Below, one piece after another: positions 45,295 to 55,221 of a DNA stretch of 57,734 nt. The stretch is from an uncultured Desulfobulbia bacterium (GTDB taxonomy: Bacteria > Desulfobacterota > Desulfobulbia > Desulfobulbales > CG2-30-60-27), in the NCBI GenBank assembly GCA_964443295.1, contig CAYUCH010000004.1:1-57734 (forward strand), given 5' to 3'. The number at the start of each line of letters is the position of its first letter. Position 1 is the stretch's first letter. A model generated the notes under the pieces. That model was given only the letters and a program-made list of their open reading frames with translations. It did no database searches and was not told the origin of the DNA. Both the position numbers and the translations under genes were made by a program.

Positions 45295-47025
45295 CTATCT
45301 GCTTCGAGGACCTGTACGGATGCCAACCACTTGCCCTTCTAAGACTTCCGAGGCCAAGGTTACCAGAGGATCATTCGCCAAAGCTCGGCGTTCTTCCTGC
45401 GGACTTTCCGTGTCAGACTCTTGCTGGCCATCATTACTGGCCCCTCGAACATCGGTTCGAACCGTACATTCACATTGAAAATAATCCTGCACAAACTGAC
45501 TGAGAAGTTTCAGATTATCCTGTTCCTTCAACATCATGCAATCTGTGGCAGTATCAAATTTTATTCGGAACTCACCCTCTTCCAGACGGCGACTGGAAGA
45601 AAGCATCAACACATGGGCCATCCACTGTTTCCGATCTTTGACATAATCGACAAAATCATCCCAGTCTTTCCTTACATCCTTTTGTACAGCCTTCTGAGTG
45701 GTTCCAGGTTGATGTATGGATTGGGCTTCTATAGGTGGAGATGGTTGCTCAGTGAGATGTTTTTTTTTATCTGGGGAAGGCTGGGAAATATGAGGTTCAG
45801 GCTCCACAGGGGGCGCTTCCGGAATCGATTCGACAACCTGTTTCTTTTCTGCAACCGGAGGTGCCATTGGTGTAGCTGGAACGCCAACGCCAGCAAGAAA
45901 CGAGTCTATCTTCTCGATTAGCGAGGAAACTGGTACCACTTGGCCGGCCTGCACTGCCTTAATACAGGTCATTTCCAAAACCATTTTCGGATGGGGAGAA
46001 TATTGCATCTCTTCCACCCCTTTAAGCAATAACTGAAAATATTGATACAGAGTTTCGGCAGTGTAGTTGGCGGCAATTTCTGTCAGCCCTCTCATTTCCT
46101 GGTCTGACAAATCAAGAATCTCATTGGGCCGTAAACAGGTCTTACACACCAGAATGGCCCGAAAATAGAGCAGCAAATCATTGGTGAACCTTTTCAGTTC
46201 AATACCGGCTCCGTAAATATTATCAAGCAGCTCAAGGCTTTGTGCCAAATCACCGCACAATAATGCGCGGGTAAGGGATTCGAATACCTGTCGATCAACA
46301 AGGCCCAATACTTCCGTCACGTCTTCATCGGAAATTTCATGACCGCCAAAAGAGAAAACTTGATCCAATAAGCTCAAGCCATCACGAACACTGCCTTCTG
46401 CCTCACGGGCGATGAGGTTAATTGCCTGATCGGAAATAACAACTTTTTCAGATTCGGCAATTTTCTTAAAAAAAGATACCAGCTCCGTAAAACTAACCCG
46501 GGTGAGTTCATATCGCTGACAGCGGGAAAGGATGGTCACCGGCACCTTATGAAGCTCGGTGGTGGCGAACATGAAATAGACATGGGCGGGTGGCTCTTCC
46601 AGGGTTTTCAACAAGGCATTGAAAGCCTCCTGGGTGAGCATATGCACTTCATCTATAATGACTATCTTATAGCGATTTTTCACTGGAAAAAATCGAATAT
46701 TTTCTTTTAAATCACGGATTTCCTGGATACCACGGTTAGAGGCACCATCGATTTCAAAAAGATCCAGGGCGCTGCCTTTGGTAATTTCTTCACAGGAATC
46801 ACACGTATTACATGGAACCGACTCTGTGCTGGAACAACTCAGAGCCTTGGCCATGATACGTGCCAAAGTAGTCTTGCCAACTCCGCGAACCCCGGAAAAC
46901 AGCATGGCATGGGCTACTCTGTTTCGTTTAAGGGCATTTTGTAATGTGCGCACAACAGGACGTTGACCGACAACATCTGAAAAAGTCTGAGGGCGCCATT
47001 TTCTGGCCAGAACAAGATAAGACAT
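45295..47025 (-). CDS. dnaX: DNA polymerase III subunit gamma/tau
   Basis: MSYLVLARKWRP, GVRGVGKTT, EIDGASNRG, IIDEVHML, ALLKTLEEPP, TILSRC. Confidence 0.98.
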   Translation of the reverse strand: MSYLVLARKWRPQTFSDVVGQRPVVRTLQNALKRNRVAHAMLFSGVRGVGKTTLARIMAKALSCSSTESVPCNTCDSCEEITKGSALDLFEIDGASNRGIQEIRDLKENIRFFPVKNRYKIVIIDEVHMLTQEAFNALLKTLEEPPAHVYFMFATTELHKVPVTILSRCQRYELTRVSFTELVSFFKKIAESEKVVISDQAINLIAREAEGSVRDGLSLLDQVFSFGGHEISDEDVTEVLGLVDRQVFESLTRALLCGDLAQSLELLDNIYGAGIELKRFTNDLLLYFRAILVCKTCLRPNEILDLSDQEMRGLTEIAANYTAETLYQYFQLLLKGVEEMQYSPHPKMVLEMTCIKAVQAGQVVPVSSLIEKIDSFLAGVGVPATPMAPPVAEKKQVVESIPEAPPVEPEPHISQPSPDKKKHLTEQPSPPIEAQSIHQPGTTQKAVQKDVRKDWDDFVDYVKDRKQWMAHVLMLSSSRRLEEGEFRIKFDTATDCMMLKEQDNLKLLSQFVQDYFQCECTVRTDVRGASNDGQQESDTESPQEERRALANDPLVTLASEVLEGQVVGIRTGPRSR

Positions 47026-47179
47026 GATTTTTTAATTTGTCGATCTCGCTAAGAGTGAGGAGTTCGAAAAGGTGCGAGACGGACGTGTGTCATGCCATAC
47101 CAGTATAATTATTTGGCGGCATGTGTAACCTTTTCGATTTTTTACAAATCAATCAGTGAACTAACTAGGTAAAAAAAAT

Positions 47180-47280
47180 GATAGCCGGGCGACCTGCATC
47201 ACACAAAGGTACTCACTACCGTTGCTTCCTCCCGGACCTGGCGGAGTTCGTGAGCCTTTGTTGCGCAGGACCCGGCTATC
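47180..47280 (-). ncRNA. ffs: Small bacterial SRP RNA (4.5S)
   Basis: Terminal helix GATAGCCGGG / CCCGGCTATC; domain IV CCAGGTCC-GGGA-GGAAGCAACGG; usual position upstream of dnaX. Confidence 0.93.
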
Positions 47281-47332
47281 AAACTGTAGACACCTTGAAA
47301 CAATACTCGTTCTCAAAGTGTTAATATTATTT

Positions 47333-47418
<86 letters not shown>

Positions 47419-47505
47419 ACTACTCCCGTGATGACGGACTCACCTATTTAGCACAACGGACAATTACTGGCAAGAACCAAGTTGGACGTATTAAAAAAAA
47501 TATCA

Positions 47506-47970
47506 TTACACTCCAATCTTCCGTCTTTCAGCAAAAAAATTCTTAAGTAATATAGAACTCTCCTCGGCTAAAAGGCCTCCTTCCACTTCAATCCGGTGGT
47601 TAAGTAAACCATCATTTCCTACCTGATAACGAGACACCACAGCGCCTGTTTTGGGATCGGCAGCACCATACACCAACCGGCCTATCCTGGCATGGATCAT
47701 AGCACCGGCGCACATAATGCAGGGCTCCAAAGTTACGTATAATGTTGCCTTGGTCAGACGATAGTTGCTAATTTTATGACCTGCCTGCCGCAAAACAACC
47801 ATCTCAGCATGACCTGCTGGATCATGGTGCTCAATGATCCTGTTTCCATCGCGGGCGAGCAATTGTCCTTGGGAATCTATCAACACCGCTCCCACCGGCA
47901 CCTCATCGCGTTCAGCTGCATGCTGCGCTTCTTCCAAGGCCATTTGCATAAAAATAATATCGTTTTCCAT
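47506..47970 (-). CDS. tadA: tRNA adenosine(34) deaminase
   Basis: EVPVGAV, HAE, NYRL, LYVTLEPCIMC, GAADPKTGA, FF..RR. Confidence 0.96.
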   Translation of the reverse strand: MENDIIFMQMALEEAQHAAERDEVPVGAVLIDSQGQLLARDGNRIIEHHDPAGHAEMVVLRQAGHKISNYRLTKATLYVTLEPCIMCAGAMIHARIGRLVYGAADPKTGAVVSRYQVGNDGLLNHRIEVEGGLLAEESSILLKNFFAERRKIGV

Positions 47971-48238
47971 AATTCAAAATCTTTCTATTTCCATTACCTA
48001 TTCTATTTATCTCGCCCAAATTGCCCTATGAACTACATACTTTCCTGTAAACCACCGGATTGCATACTTTAATAGCGAACAGTAACAGCAAGAAGATTAA
48101 GAGTAAATGATGCATTCTAAAGAAAAAACACTCTTTTTCCAGGTTATTACTCTGTCATGGTTGACATTCAGGCATGAAAAATGATCAATTCTCCATGAAA
48201 ATAAAAAACTCAAAGATACAAACCAAGGGCACACAACC

Positions 48239-48679
48239 ATGGCAGCAGATGATATTATTAACCTTCTTCCCCATCGTCCTCCATTCCTCTGGGTGGACCG
48301 GATCTTAACAAGGGAAAAAGATCGTATAATCGCGGAGAAGGACATCGCAGCAGATCTTGATATTTTCAAGGGGCATTTCCCAGGCCATCCAATCATGCCT
48401 GGGGTTCTGCTCTGTGAAGCAGCCTTCCAAGCTGGTGCTCTGCTTATTGCCTCTGTTAATGACGCTGAAAGCGATTTCCAAGGCCTGCCAATGGTCACCC
48501 GTATCCAAGGGGCAAAATTCAAAAGGCAAGTCAAACCAGGTGATACTATCTCATTGAATATAGGTCTTAAAGAGAAAGTAGGCCCAGCCTGGTTCATGAA
48601 GGGAAAAATAACAGTAGACGATAAAACCGTTGCCACTGTGGAATTTTCCTGCGTTCTCCAACAGGCAGAAAGGGGTTGA
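48239..48679 (+). CDS. fabZ: 3-hydroxyacyl-ACP dehydratase, FabZ family
   Basis: LPHRPPFLWVD, FKGHFPGHPIMPGVLLCEA, KFKRQVKPGD. Confidence 0.88.
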   Translation: MAADDIINLLPHRPPFLWVDRILTREKDRIIAEKDIAADLDIFKGHFPGHPIMPGVLLCEAAFQAGALLIASVNDAESDFQGLPMVTRIQGAKFKRQVKPGDTISLNIGLKEKVGPAWFMKGKITVDDKTVATVEFSCVLQQAERG

Positions 48680-48754
48680 CATTCTTCCCTGTAACTTTCA
48701 CACTCTTCTGACTTGTTTTCCAAATGCTGACTATATGAGAGCTGATTTCTAAAT

Positions 48755-49555
48755 ATGGACTTCTTACAACTCAAAAATAAAACCATCCTCATCTTTGGCC
48801 TGGCCAATAAAAAATCTGTGGCCTGTGCCATTGGCCGAGTTCTCGTTGAACAGGGTGCTCGTATTGTTCATGTCGTGAGGAGTGAAAAACGGCGTGAAAC
48901 CGCCCGGAAGCTTTTCCCAGAAGTGCCGGTTTTTCTCTGTGATGTAGAACGCGAGGAAGAGATAATCCAGGTTCGTGACGAAATTGCCAACAAAATAAAT
49001 GGCCCTGTTGATGGAATACTACATTCAATTGCTTTTGCTAATTATTCTGAAGGATGGAAACCATTTCACCAGACAGTAAAATCCGATTTCCTCCAGGCTA
49101 TGGATATATCCTGCTTTTCGCTGATTTCCATCTGCAACCATTTTAAAGAAATCCTAAGCAAAGATGCCTCGGTAGTTACCATATCCATTTCCACCACCCG
49201 AATGGCGGCAGAAAATTATGGATACATGGCGCCTGTGAAAGCAGCTCTTGAATCTTCACTCTGTTTCCTGGCCAAGAGTTTTTCGAAAACTTCCCAGGTT
49301 AGATTCAATGCTGTCTGTCCTGGTCTGTTAAAAACATCGGCTTCGGCCGGTATCCCTGGCTATGTTGATTCGTACCTCTATGCTGAGCAGGCTACTCTGC
49401 GGAAAGAGGCATTACGAACAACAGAAGTCGCTGATATTGCGTCATTTCTACTTTCAAACCGTTCCTCAGCCATTACCGCCCAATGCCTGGTGGCTGATGC
49501 AGGAATGGGCATCAATTATTTTGACAGCCAGATCACCAGCAAGGTGCTTGACTGA
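48755..49555 (+). CDS. fabI: Enoyl-ACP reductase, FabI family
   Basis: [39 protein letters not shown]. Confidence 0.88.
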   Translation: MDFLQLKNKTILIFGLANKKSVACAIGRVLVEQGARIVHVVRSEKRRETARKLFPEVPVFLCDVEREEEIIQVRDEIANKINGPVDGILHSIAFANYSEGWKPFHQTVKSDFLQAMDISCFSLISICNHFKEILSKDASVVTISISTTRMAAENYGYMAPVKAALESSLCFLAKSFSKTSQVRFNAVCPGLLKTSASAGIPGYVDSYLYAEQATLRKEALRTTEVADIASFLLSNRSSAITAQCLVADAGMGINYFDSQITSKVLD

Positions 49556-50586
49556 TGCGCTTTAAAAATGTCTGTCTGCAAGGATTCAGCCATATCCTGC
49601 CACCCCGAATAATCACTTCTGAAGAGATTGAACAGCGCTTGTCACCGGTGTATGAACGCCTGAAACTCCCGCCTGGCCGCCTGGAATTGATGAGCGGCAT
49701 TAAAGAACGGCGTCTCTGGGAGCCTGGTACCAGACCCAGTGAGGCTGCTGCCCGGGCTGGAAGAGCTGCCCTGGAAAACACCGGCATTGATAGTGTGGAA
49801 ATCGATTGCCTGATCTTCTGCTCAGTATCACGGGATATGTTGGAGCCTGCTTCTGCATCCTTTGTCCATCATTTGCTGGGTTTGAGGCAATCATGTCTGA
49901 CCTTTGATCTTTCCAACGCCTGCCTTGGTTTTCTTGATGGCATGCTGATGATGGCCAATTTAATAGAGCAGGGTCAAATTAAACGAGGCCTGCTGGTTTC
50001 TGGAGAAACTGCTGAAGATCTTCTTGAAACAACCATTCATTCTCTCTTGGCAGATGAAAGTTTGACAAGAAAAACCATTAAGAATTCTTTTGCCTCTCTG
50101 ACCATTGGTTCTGGCGCTGTAGGCCTTGTCATGGGCCGGGCAGAAGATGACAATTCTGGACATACATTACTGGGGGGAGCATATCGTATCGACTCAAGTC
50201 GTAACGACCTTTGCCAAGGCGGTTCAACCAACGACGGCATCCTGATGACCACTGATTCAGGTGCCCTTTTGGAACAAGGTGTAGCAACGGCCAATGCCAC
50301 CTGGCAGGATTTCCTCCAAACCCTTCAGTGGGATCCTGCAACCATTGACCAATATTTCTGTCACCAGGTGGGCCAAGCCCATGCTAAACTTCTGGTTGAG
50401 ACCCTGGGGTTAGACCAAGAAAAAAACCTTGAGACAGTAAGTTACACTGGAAATATTGGCTCCGTTTCCGCTCCTCTAACCATGTTTACTGCCATTGAAA
50501 AAGGTCTTTTTAAAGCAGGCGACCGGGGAGCACTCCTGGGAATTGGCAGTGGCATTGTTTGTATGATGTTAGGTGTAGAGTGGTAG
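49555..50586 (+). CDS. oleA: OleA acyl-CoA condensing enzyme (thiolase/FabH fold)
   Basis: SVSRDMLEPA (OleA Glu base), FDLSNACLGF (Cys), FASLTIGSGA, CHQVG, GNIG, LLGIGSG. Confidence 0.9.
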   Translation: MRFKNVCLQGFSHILPPRIITSEEIEQRLSPVYERLKLPPGRLELMSGIKERRLWEPGTRPSEAAARAGRAALENTGIDSVEIDCLIFCSVSRDMLEPASASFVHHLLGLRQSCLTFDLSNACLGFLDGMLMMANLIEQGQIKRGLLVSGETAEDLLETTIHSLLADESLTRKTIKNSFASLTIGSGAVGLVMGRAEDDNSGHTLLGGAYRIDSSRNDLCQGGSTNDGILMTTDSGALLEQGVATANATWQDFLQTLQWDPATIDQYFCHQVGQAHAKLLVETLGLDQEKNLETVSYTGNIGSVSAPLTMFTAIEKGLFKAGDRGALLGIGSGIVCMMLGVEW

Positions 50587-50622
50587 AATAGACTACAGCT
50601 GAAGGGAATCATCTTAAACCTA

Positions 50623-51501
50623 ATGAACATTGACAAAGACATCTATTCATTCCAGCCCAAAACTGCAAAAATCAACGGGCATACAATGTCTTATGTTGAC
50701 GAAGGGCAGGGTCACGCAGTAGTCATGATTCATGGCAATCCAACCTGGTCCCTGCTTTTTCGCAATGTAATCTCCACGCTTAAAACAAATTATCGCACCA
50801 TTGCCCTGGACCACATAGGTTGCGGCCTGTCGGATAAACCACAAAACTTTGGCTATCGTCTGGAAGATCACATCAGCAACCTGGCATGTCTGATCCAACA
50901 CCTTCAACTGGAAAAAGTATCACTTATCATGCACGATTGGGGCGGTGCCATTGGTATGGGATATGCGGTGCGTCATCCTGAACGCGTCACCTCTTTAACA
51001 TTGTCCAACACAGCGGCTTTTGCTTCCAAACAAATACCTTTTCGTATCAGTATCTGCCGGACACCGTTTTTGGGACCACTGATGATTCAGGGAGCCAACC
51101 TCTTTGCAAGGGCTGCTATTCACATGACAGTCAGCAAACCCTTAGACAACAAATTGGCGAACATGTATCTCGCTCCTTACGACTCCTGGTCCAATCGTAT
51201 TGCCATCATGCGTTTTGTTGAAGATATCCCCATGGATCCTGCCCATCCATCATGGCAGACCATTAAAGATATTGAAGAGAGACTATCGTTATTCAAAGAG
51301 ACGCCAGTACAACTGGTATGGGGTGGCAAAGATTTCTGTTTCACTCCACATTTCATGAACCGCTTTCAAGAAATCTTTCCCCAGGCGGAAAGCCACTTGT
51401 TTGAAGATGCCGGTCATTATGTGTATGAAGACGCCCATGGCCAAATTGAGTCTGTGATTGAGACTTTCTTAAATAAGTTCGTAAACGTGCAACATGGATA
51501 A
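50623..51501 (+). CDS. oleB: OleB beta-lactone decarboxylase (haloalkane-dehalogenase-like alpha/beta hydrolase)
   Basis: HGNPTWS, DHIGCGLSDKP, HDWGG, WGGKDFCF, AGHYVYEDA; lies between oleA and oleC. Confidence 0.9.
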   Translation: MNIDKDIYSFQPKTAKINGHTMSYVDEGQGHAVVMIHGNPTWSLLFRNVISTLKTNYRTIALDHIGCGLSDKPQNFGYRLEDHISNLACLIQHLQLEKVSLIMHDWGGAIGMGYAVRHPERVTSLTLSNTAAFASKQIPFRISICRTPFLGPLMIQGANLFARAAIHMTVSKPLDNKLANMYLAPYDSWSNRIAIMRFVEDIPMDPAHPSWQTIKDIEERLSLFKETPVQLVWGGKDFCFTPHFMNRFQEIFPQAESHLFEDAGHYVYEDAHGQIESVIETFLNKFVNVQHG

Positions 51502-53113
51502 CCAGAATATAGGCCACACCCTCACTGCTGTAGCCCAACAATACCCAGATAATATCGGTTTGGTCCACCCAAAAGAGAAAGGCAAAAACAAATGGACTTT
51601 CAGCGAGTTAGAAACAAACGTTCAAGCATTCTGCCATGCTCTTTCAAAGGAAAGAATTACAAAAGGCAGTCGGGTAATCCTCATGGTGAAACCCTCCATG
51701 GAATTCGTCTGTCTGGCCTTTGCCCTGTTCAGGTTGGGTGCTGTTGTTATCCTCATTGATCCCGGCATGGGCTTTCGCAATCTCCTGCGCTGCATCTCTT
51801 CAGTGAAACCAGAAGTTTTCATTGGCACCCCCAAGGCCGTTCTTTTTAAAGTGTTGTTTCATCGTCATTTTAGGACAGTTACCAATACAATTACAATACA
51901 TCCTTTTTCAGGTTTTACGAGGGCAGCAAAAAAAGAACTTAACGCCCCATCTCATGTGTCATTTCCAGAAACCAATTCCGATGACCAGGCTGCTATTATC
52001 TTTACCACCGGATCCACCGGTCCACCAAAGGGTGTTTGCTATACCCATGCCATATTCCACGCCCAACTCAATCTCATTAGAAATTATTACCAGATCGGTC
52101 CAGGGGATATTGACCAACCGGCCTTTCCCCTTTTTGCTCTATTTTCAACCGGATTGGGAGCCTGTGCAGTGATACCTGATATGAATCCAGCCCAGCCAGC
52201 CAAAGTCAACCCAGAAAAATTTATTCGTACAATCAAAGAGTTCGGAGTCACATACTCATTCGGCTCCCCCACCATTTGGGATAAAGTTTCCAAATATTGC
52301 CAGACAAAACAAATCACCCTCAATACTTTGGAAAAGGTACTCATGGCCGGTGCACCCGTACCTGGACATCTGGTAGAACGAGTCAGGTCCATATTGCCTT
52401 CCCATGCCGTGGTCCATACGCCTTATGGTGCCACGGAATGCCTCCCTGCTGCCAATATTGAAAGTAGAGAAATCCTTTCCGAAACATGGTCGGAAACAAT
52501 GGCTGGTAAAGGGACATGCGTCGGTAAACCTTTACCGGGAAATACCATTAAAATTCTTCCCATCTCAGACAACCCCATGGAAACATGGCAGCCAGACAAG
52601 GCCCTCCCAGCCAATGAAGTTGGTGAAATTGCCATAACCGGACCTGTAGTCACTCCATCATACGATAATAATGACCAGGAAAACAGACTGGCAAAAATAC
52701 ACAAAAACAACGAGTTGTGGCACAGAATGGGCGATGTTGGTTATCTTGACAATAAAGGACGACTCTGGGTATGTGGACGCAGAGCCCACCGAGTACAAAG
52801 CACAGAAGGCACTCTCTATCCACTCCCCTGTGAAGCGGTTTTCAACCAACATGAGGCTGTTTTTCGCAGTGCATTGGTTGGTATTGGCCCCTCACCAAAT
52901 CAACTTCCTGTACTCATTGTTGAATTGGCTGATAAAAATATACAACATGATACACTCATGGCGGAGCTCAAAGAAATTGCAGTCAGTTTCCCCCATACAA
53001 AATCCATCAAGTATTTTCTTGTGCACCAAGAATTTCCAACAGACATACGACATAACGCCAAGATATTTCGTGAAAAATTAGCGATGTGGGCTGAAGAAAA
53101 AATCAAGATTTAA
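51494..53113 (+). CDS. oleC: OleC beta-lactone synthetase (AMP-dependent ligase)
   Basis: LIDPGMG, IFTTGSTGPPKGV, TPYGATECLP, WHRMGDVG, DIRHNAKIFRE. Confidence 0.9.
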   Translation: MDNQNIGHTLTAVAQQYPDNIGLVHPKEKGKNKWTFSELETNVQAFCHALSKERITKGSRVILMVKPSMEFVCLAFALFRLGAVVILIDPGMGFRNLLRCISSVKPEVFIGTPKAVLFKVLFHRHFRTVTNTITIHPFSGFTRAAKKELNAPSHVSFPETNSDDQAAIIFTTGSTGPPKGVCYTHAIFHAQLNLIRNYYQIGPGDIDQPAFPLFALFSTGLGACAVIPDMNPAQPAKVNPEKFIRTIKEFGVTYSFGSPTIWDKVSKYCQTKQITLNTLEKVLMAGAPVPGHLVERVRSILPSHAVVHTPYGATECLPAANIESREILSETWSETMAGKGTCVGKPLPGNTIKILPISDNPMETWQPDKALPANEVGEIAITGPVVTPSYDNNDQENRLAKIHKNNELWHRMGDVGYLDNKGRLWVCGRRAHRVQSTEGTLYPLPCEAVFNQHEAVFRSALVGIGPSPNQLPVLIVELADKNIQHDTLMAELKEIAVSFPHTKSIKYFLVHQEFPTDIRHNAKIFREKLAMWAEEKIKI

Positions 53114-53147
53114 CAATATACACCAGCGCTCGAGAGAGGATATATAC

Positions 53148-54149
53148 ATGAAAAAAGCCGCTGTAACAGGTGGAGGCGGTTTCATCGGCCTGGCCATTGT
53201 CCGCAAATTACTTGAGCAAGGTATAGAACCCGTGGTGATTGGCCGATCCCATTATGAAGAAATTGATAAACTTGGCCTGGTAACCAATCAAGGTGATATC
53301 CGAGATCTTAACTTTCTGCAAAAAACTTTGGCTGACTGTGACACAGTTTTTCATGTGGCTGCCAAAGCAGGTATTTGGGGGCCAAAGGAGGAATTCTTTT
53401 CTACCAATGTTACCGGCACTGAAAATGTCATCCAGGCCTGCCAAGATCAGGGCGTTCAACACCTCATTTACACGTCCAGCCCCAGCGTGGTTTTTGACCG
53501 TGTCGGTTTAAGTGGAGTTACGGAAACCACCCCATATGCAAAAAAATTCCTTTGTCATTACGCCCAAACAAAGGCTTTAGCAGAGCAGAAGGTTCTCGCT
53601 GCGAATGAAAATGATATAAAAACTGTTGCCCTCCGACCTCATCTTGTATGGGGCCCGGGGGACAACCATCTCTTGCCCCGACTCATCGAGCAGGGAAGAA
53701 AAGGGAAACTCAAACAAGTAGGCAAAGGGAAAAATCTGGTGGATATCACCTATATCGACAATGCCGTTCATGCCCACCTGCTGGCAGCCAAAAACCTGGA
53801 AGATTCAGCCAGTGCAGCTGGACGAGCCTATTTCATTTCACAAGGTGAACCGGTTCACCTCTGGCCCTGGGTCAATACCCTTTTCCAGCGCCTGGGCATC
53901 CCCACAGTCCATAAACGGGTGAGCTATACCAAAGCCTATTGGGCCGGCTCCATTTTGGAACGCATCTACAAGACATTCAATTTAAAAGATGACCCACCCA
54001 TGACCCGTTTCCTGGCAGAGCAACTGGCCAAACCCCATTGGTTTGCATTGGACAGAGCTGAACGAGATCTTGGATATGAACCTTTGGTCAATCAAACGGA
54101 AGGCCTGAACCGTACTATAAAGTGGTTGCGAACAAAGGCTGAAGGCTGA
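53148..54149 (+). CDS. oleD: OleD 2-alkyl-3-oxoalkanoate reductase (3-beta-HSD-like SDR)
   Basis: VTGGGGFIG, HVAAKAGIWG, YTSSPSVVF, YAQTK, LRPHLVWGPGD. Confidence 0.9.
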   Translation: MKKAAVTGGGGFIGLAIVRKLLEQGIEPVVIGRSHYEEIDKLGLVTNQGDIRDLNFLQKTLADCDTVFHVAAKAGIWGPKEEFFSTNVTGTENVIQACQDQGVQHLIYTSSPSVVFDRVGLSGVTETTPYAKKFLCHYAQTKALAEQKVLAANENDIKTVALRPHLVWGPGDNHLLPRLIEQGRKGKLKQVGKGKNLVDITYIDNAVHAHLLAAKNLEDSASAAGRAYFISQGEPVHLWPWVNTLFQRLGIPTVHKRVSYTKAYWAGSILERIYKTFNLKDDPPMTRFLAEQLAKPHWFALDRAERDLGYEPLVNQTEGLNRTIKWLRTKAEG

Positions 54150-54224
54150 AGAAATTGTTTTGATACCTTGTCGTTTTAAACCAAAAAGTTGAAGATTTCG
54201 GCTGAATATTTGTACAATTGTTAC

Positions 54225-54968
54225 ATGAAGCCTGCTCGCCATTTTCTACTCATTCTAATCTGCATTCTTACTCATTATTCCCATGATAATACTGTCTGGG
54301 CATCGGATACATATTCCAAGGCCCGCAAGGCCATGCTGGATGCGATCAGTGCCGATGTCAGGGATACCAGCAGTTATCTTGGCAGCAGCTCCCTTGACCC
54401 AAAAGTATTTGCTGCCCTGGCCAAGGTCCCCCGACATGAATTTGTCCCTTTACCACAACGACTTTGGGCATACGAAAACCGCCCTTTGCCCATTGGACAC
54501 GGCCAGACCATCTCCCAGCCATACATCGTAGCAATCATGACGGACCTGCTCAAATTAACAAACAATGACAAGGTCCTGGAAATAGGCACGGGCTCCGGCT
54601 ATCAGGCTGCTATCTTGGGCGAATTGGTACACCAGGTCTATACCATTGAAATTATTGAACCACTTGGCCAGAAGGCTGCCAAACGTTTAAAAAGATTGGG
54701 TTACACAAATATAACAACCCAGATTGGAGATGGTTATTATGGTATGGCGGATAAAGCTCCTTTTGATGCAATTGTGGTGACCGCAGCGGCCAGCCACATT
54801 CCACCACCTTTGGTAAAACAACTCAGACCAGGTGGTCGCATGATTATTCCGGTGGGTAGCCGTTTCATGGTCCAACAACTCATCCTTGTTTCAAAAGATC
54901 GAGGAGGTAAAATCACCACTCGACAGCTCCTGCCAGTACGTTTTGTGCCCCTCACCGGTGATCATTAA
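54225..54968 (+). CDS. pcm: Protein-L-isoaspartate O-methyltransferase with a signal-peptide-like N-terminus
   Basis: VPRHEFVP, AY.NRPLPIG.GQTISQPYIVA.M, VLEIGTGSGYQAA, APFDAIVVTAA, VRFVPL; likely ATG start at 54225. Confidence 0.93.
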   Translation: MKPARHFLLILICILTHYSHDNTVWASDTYSKARKAMLDAISADVRDTSSYLGSSSLDPKVFAALAKVPRHEFVPLPQRLWAYENRPLPIGHGQTISQPYIVAIMTDLLKLTNNDKVLEIGTGSGYQAAILGELVHQVYTIEIIEPLGQKAAKRLKRLGYTNITTQIGDGYYGMADKAPFDAIVVTAAASHIPPPLVKQLRPGGRMIIPVGSRFMVQQLILVSKDRGGKITTRQLLPVRFVPLTGDH

Positions 54969-55041
54969 TCCCAGCCAAAAGCATGCACTGGATGAAAAGG
55001 AGCAATTAATCATAACGAGCCAATACCTGACTTTACAAACC

Positions 55042-55180
55042 GGCTGGATTTTTCCGGAAGGGAGTACGGTGGGAAGCCAGGTTCGAGAGACGGGCAAGGT
55101 TTTCACAAATAGTTGCAATGTGTCGGCAACAAAACGAATAGCCCCAGCGGCTTCCGTAATCCCTGGAGGAAATACCAGCC
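55042..55180. repeat. Rod-like nested inverted-repeat element (MITE-like or structured ncRNA)
   Basis: Nested pairs GGCTGG/CCAGCC, TTTCC/GGAAA, GGGA.TACGG/CCGTA.TCCC, GAAGCC/GGCTTC, GGGC/GCCC, GTTTT/AAAAC, GTTGC/GCAAC. Confidence 0.55.
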
Positions 55181-55221
55181 AGGCCTATAGGTCTATATTC
55201 TATTTTCAGGTTAAAAGATAA

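Noticed and set aside
47050-47160. Riboswitch or leader RNA upstream of dnaX (TCGAAAAGGT…ACCTTTTCGA hairpin)
   Set aside because: No recognisable riboswitch motif; it looks like a decayed palindromic repeat and is too degenerate to call.
48097-48831. 244-aa minus-strand ORF, and similar antisense ORFs such as 11113-11751, 12739-13542, 20376-21107 and 37692-38333
   Set aside because: Shadow ORFs opposite well-supported genes.
50623-51501. Haloalkane dehalogenase (organohalide metabolism)
   Set aside because: Its position within oleA-oleC-oleD identifies it as OleB, which shares the HDWG motif.
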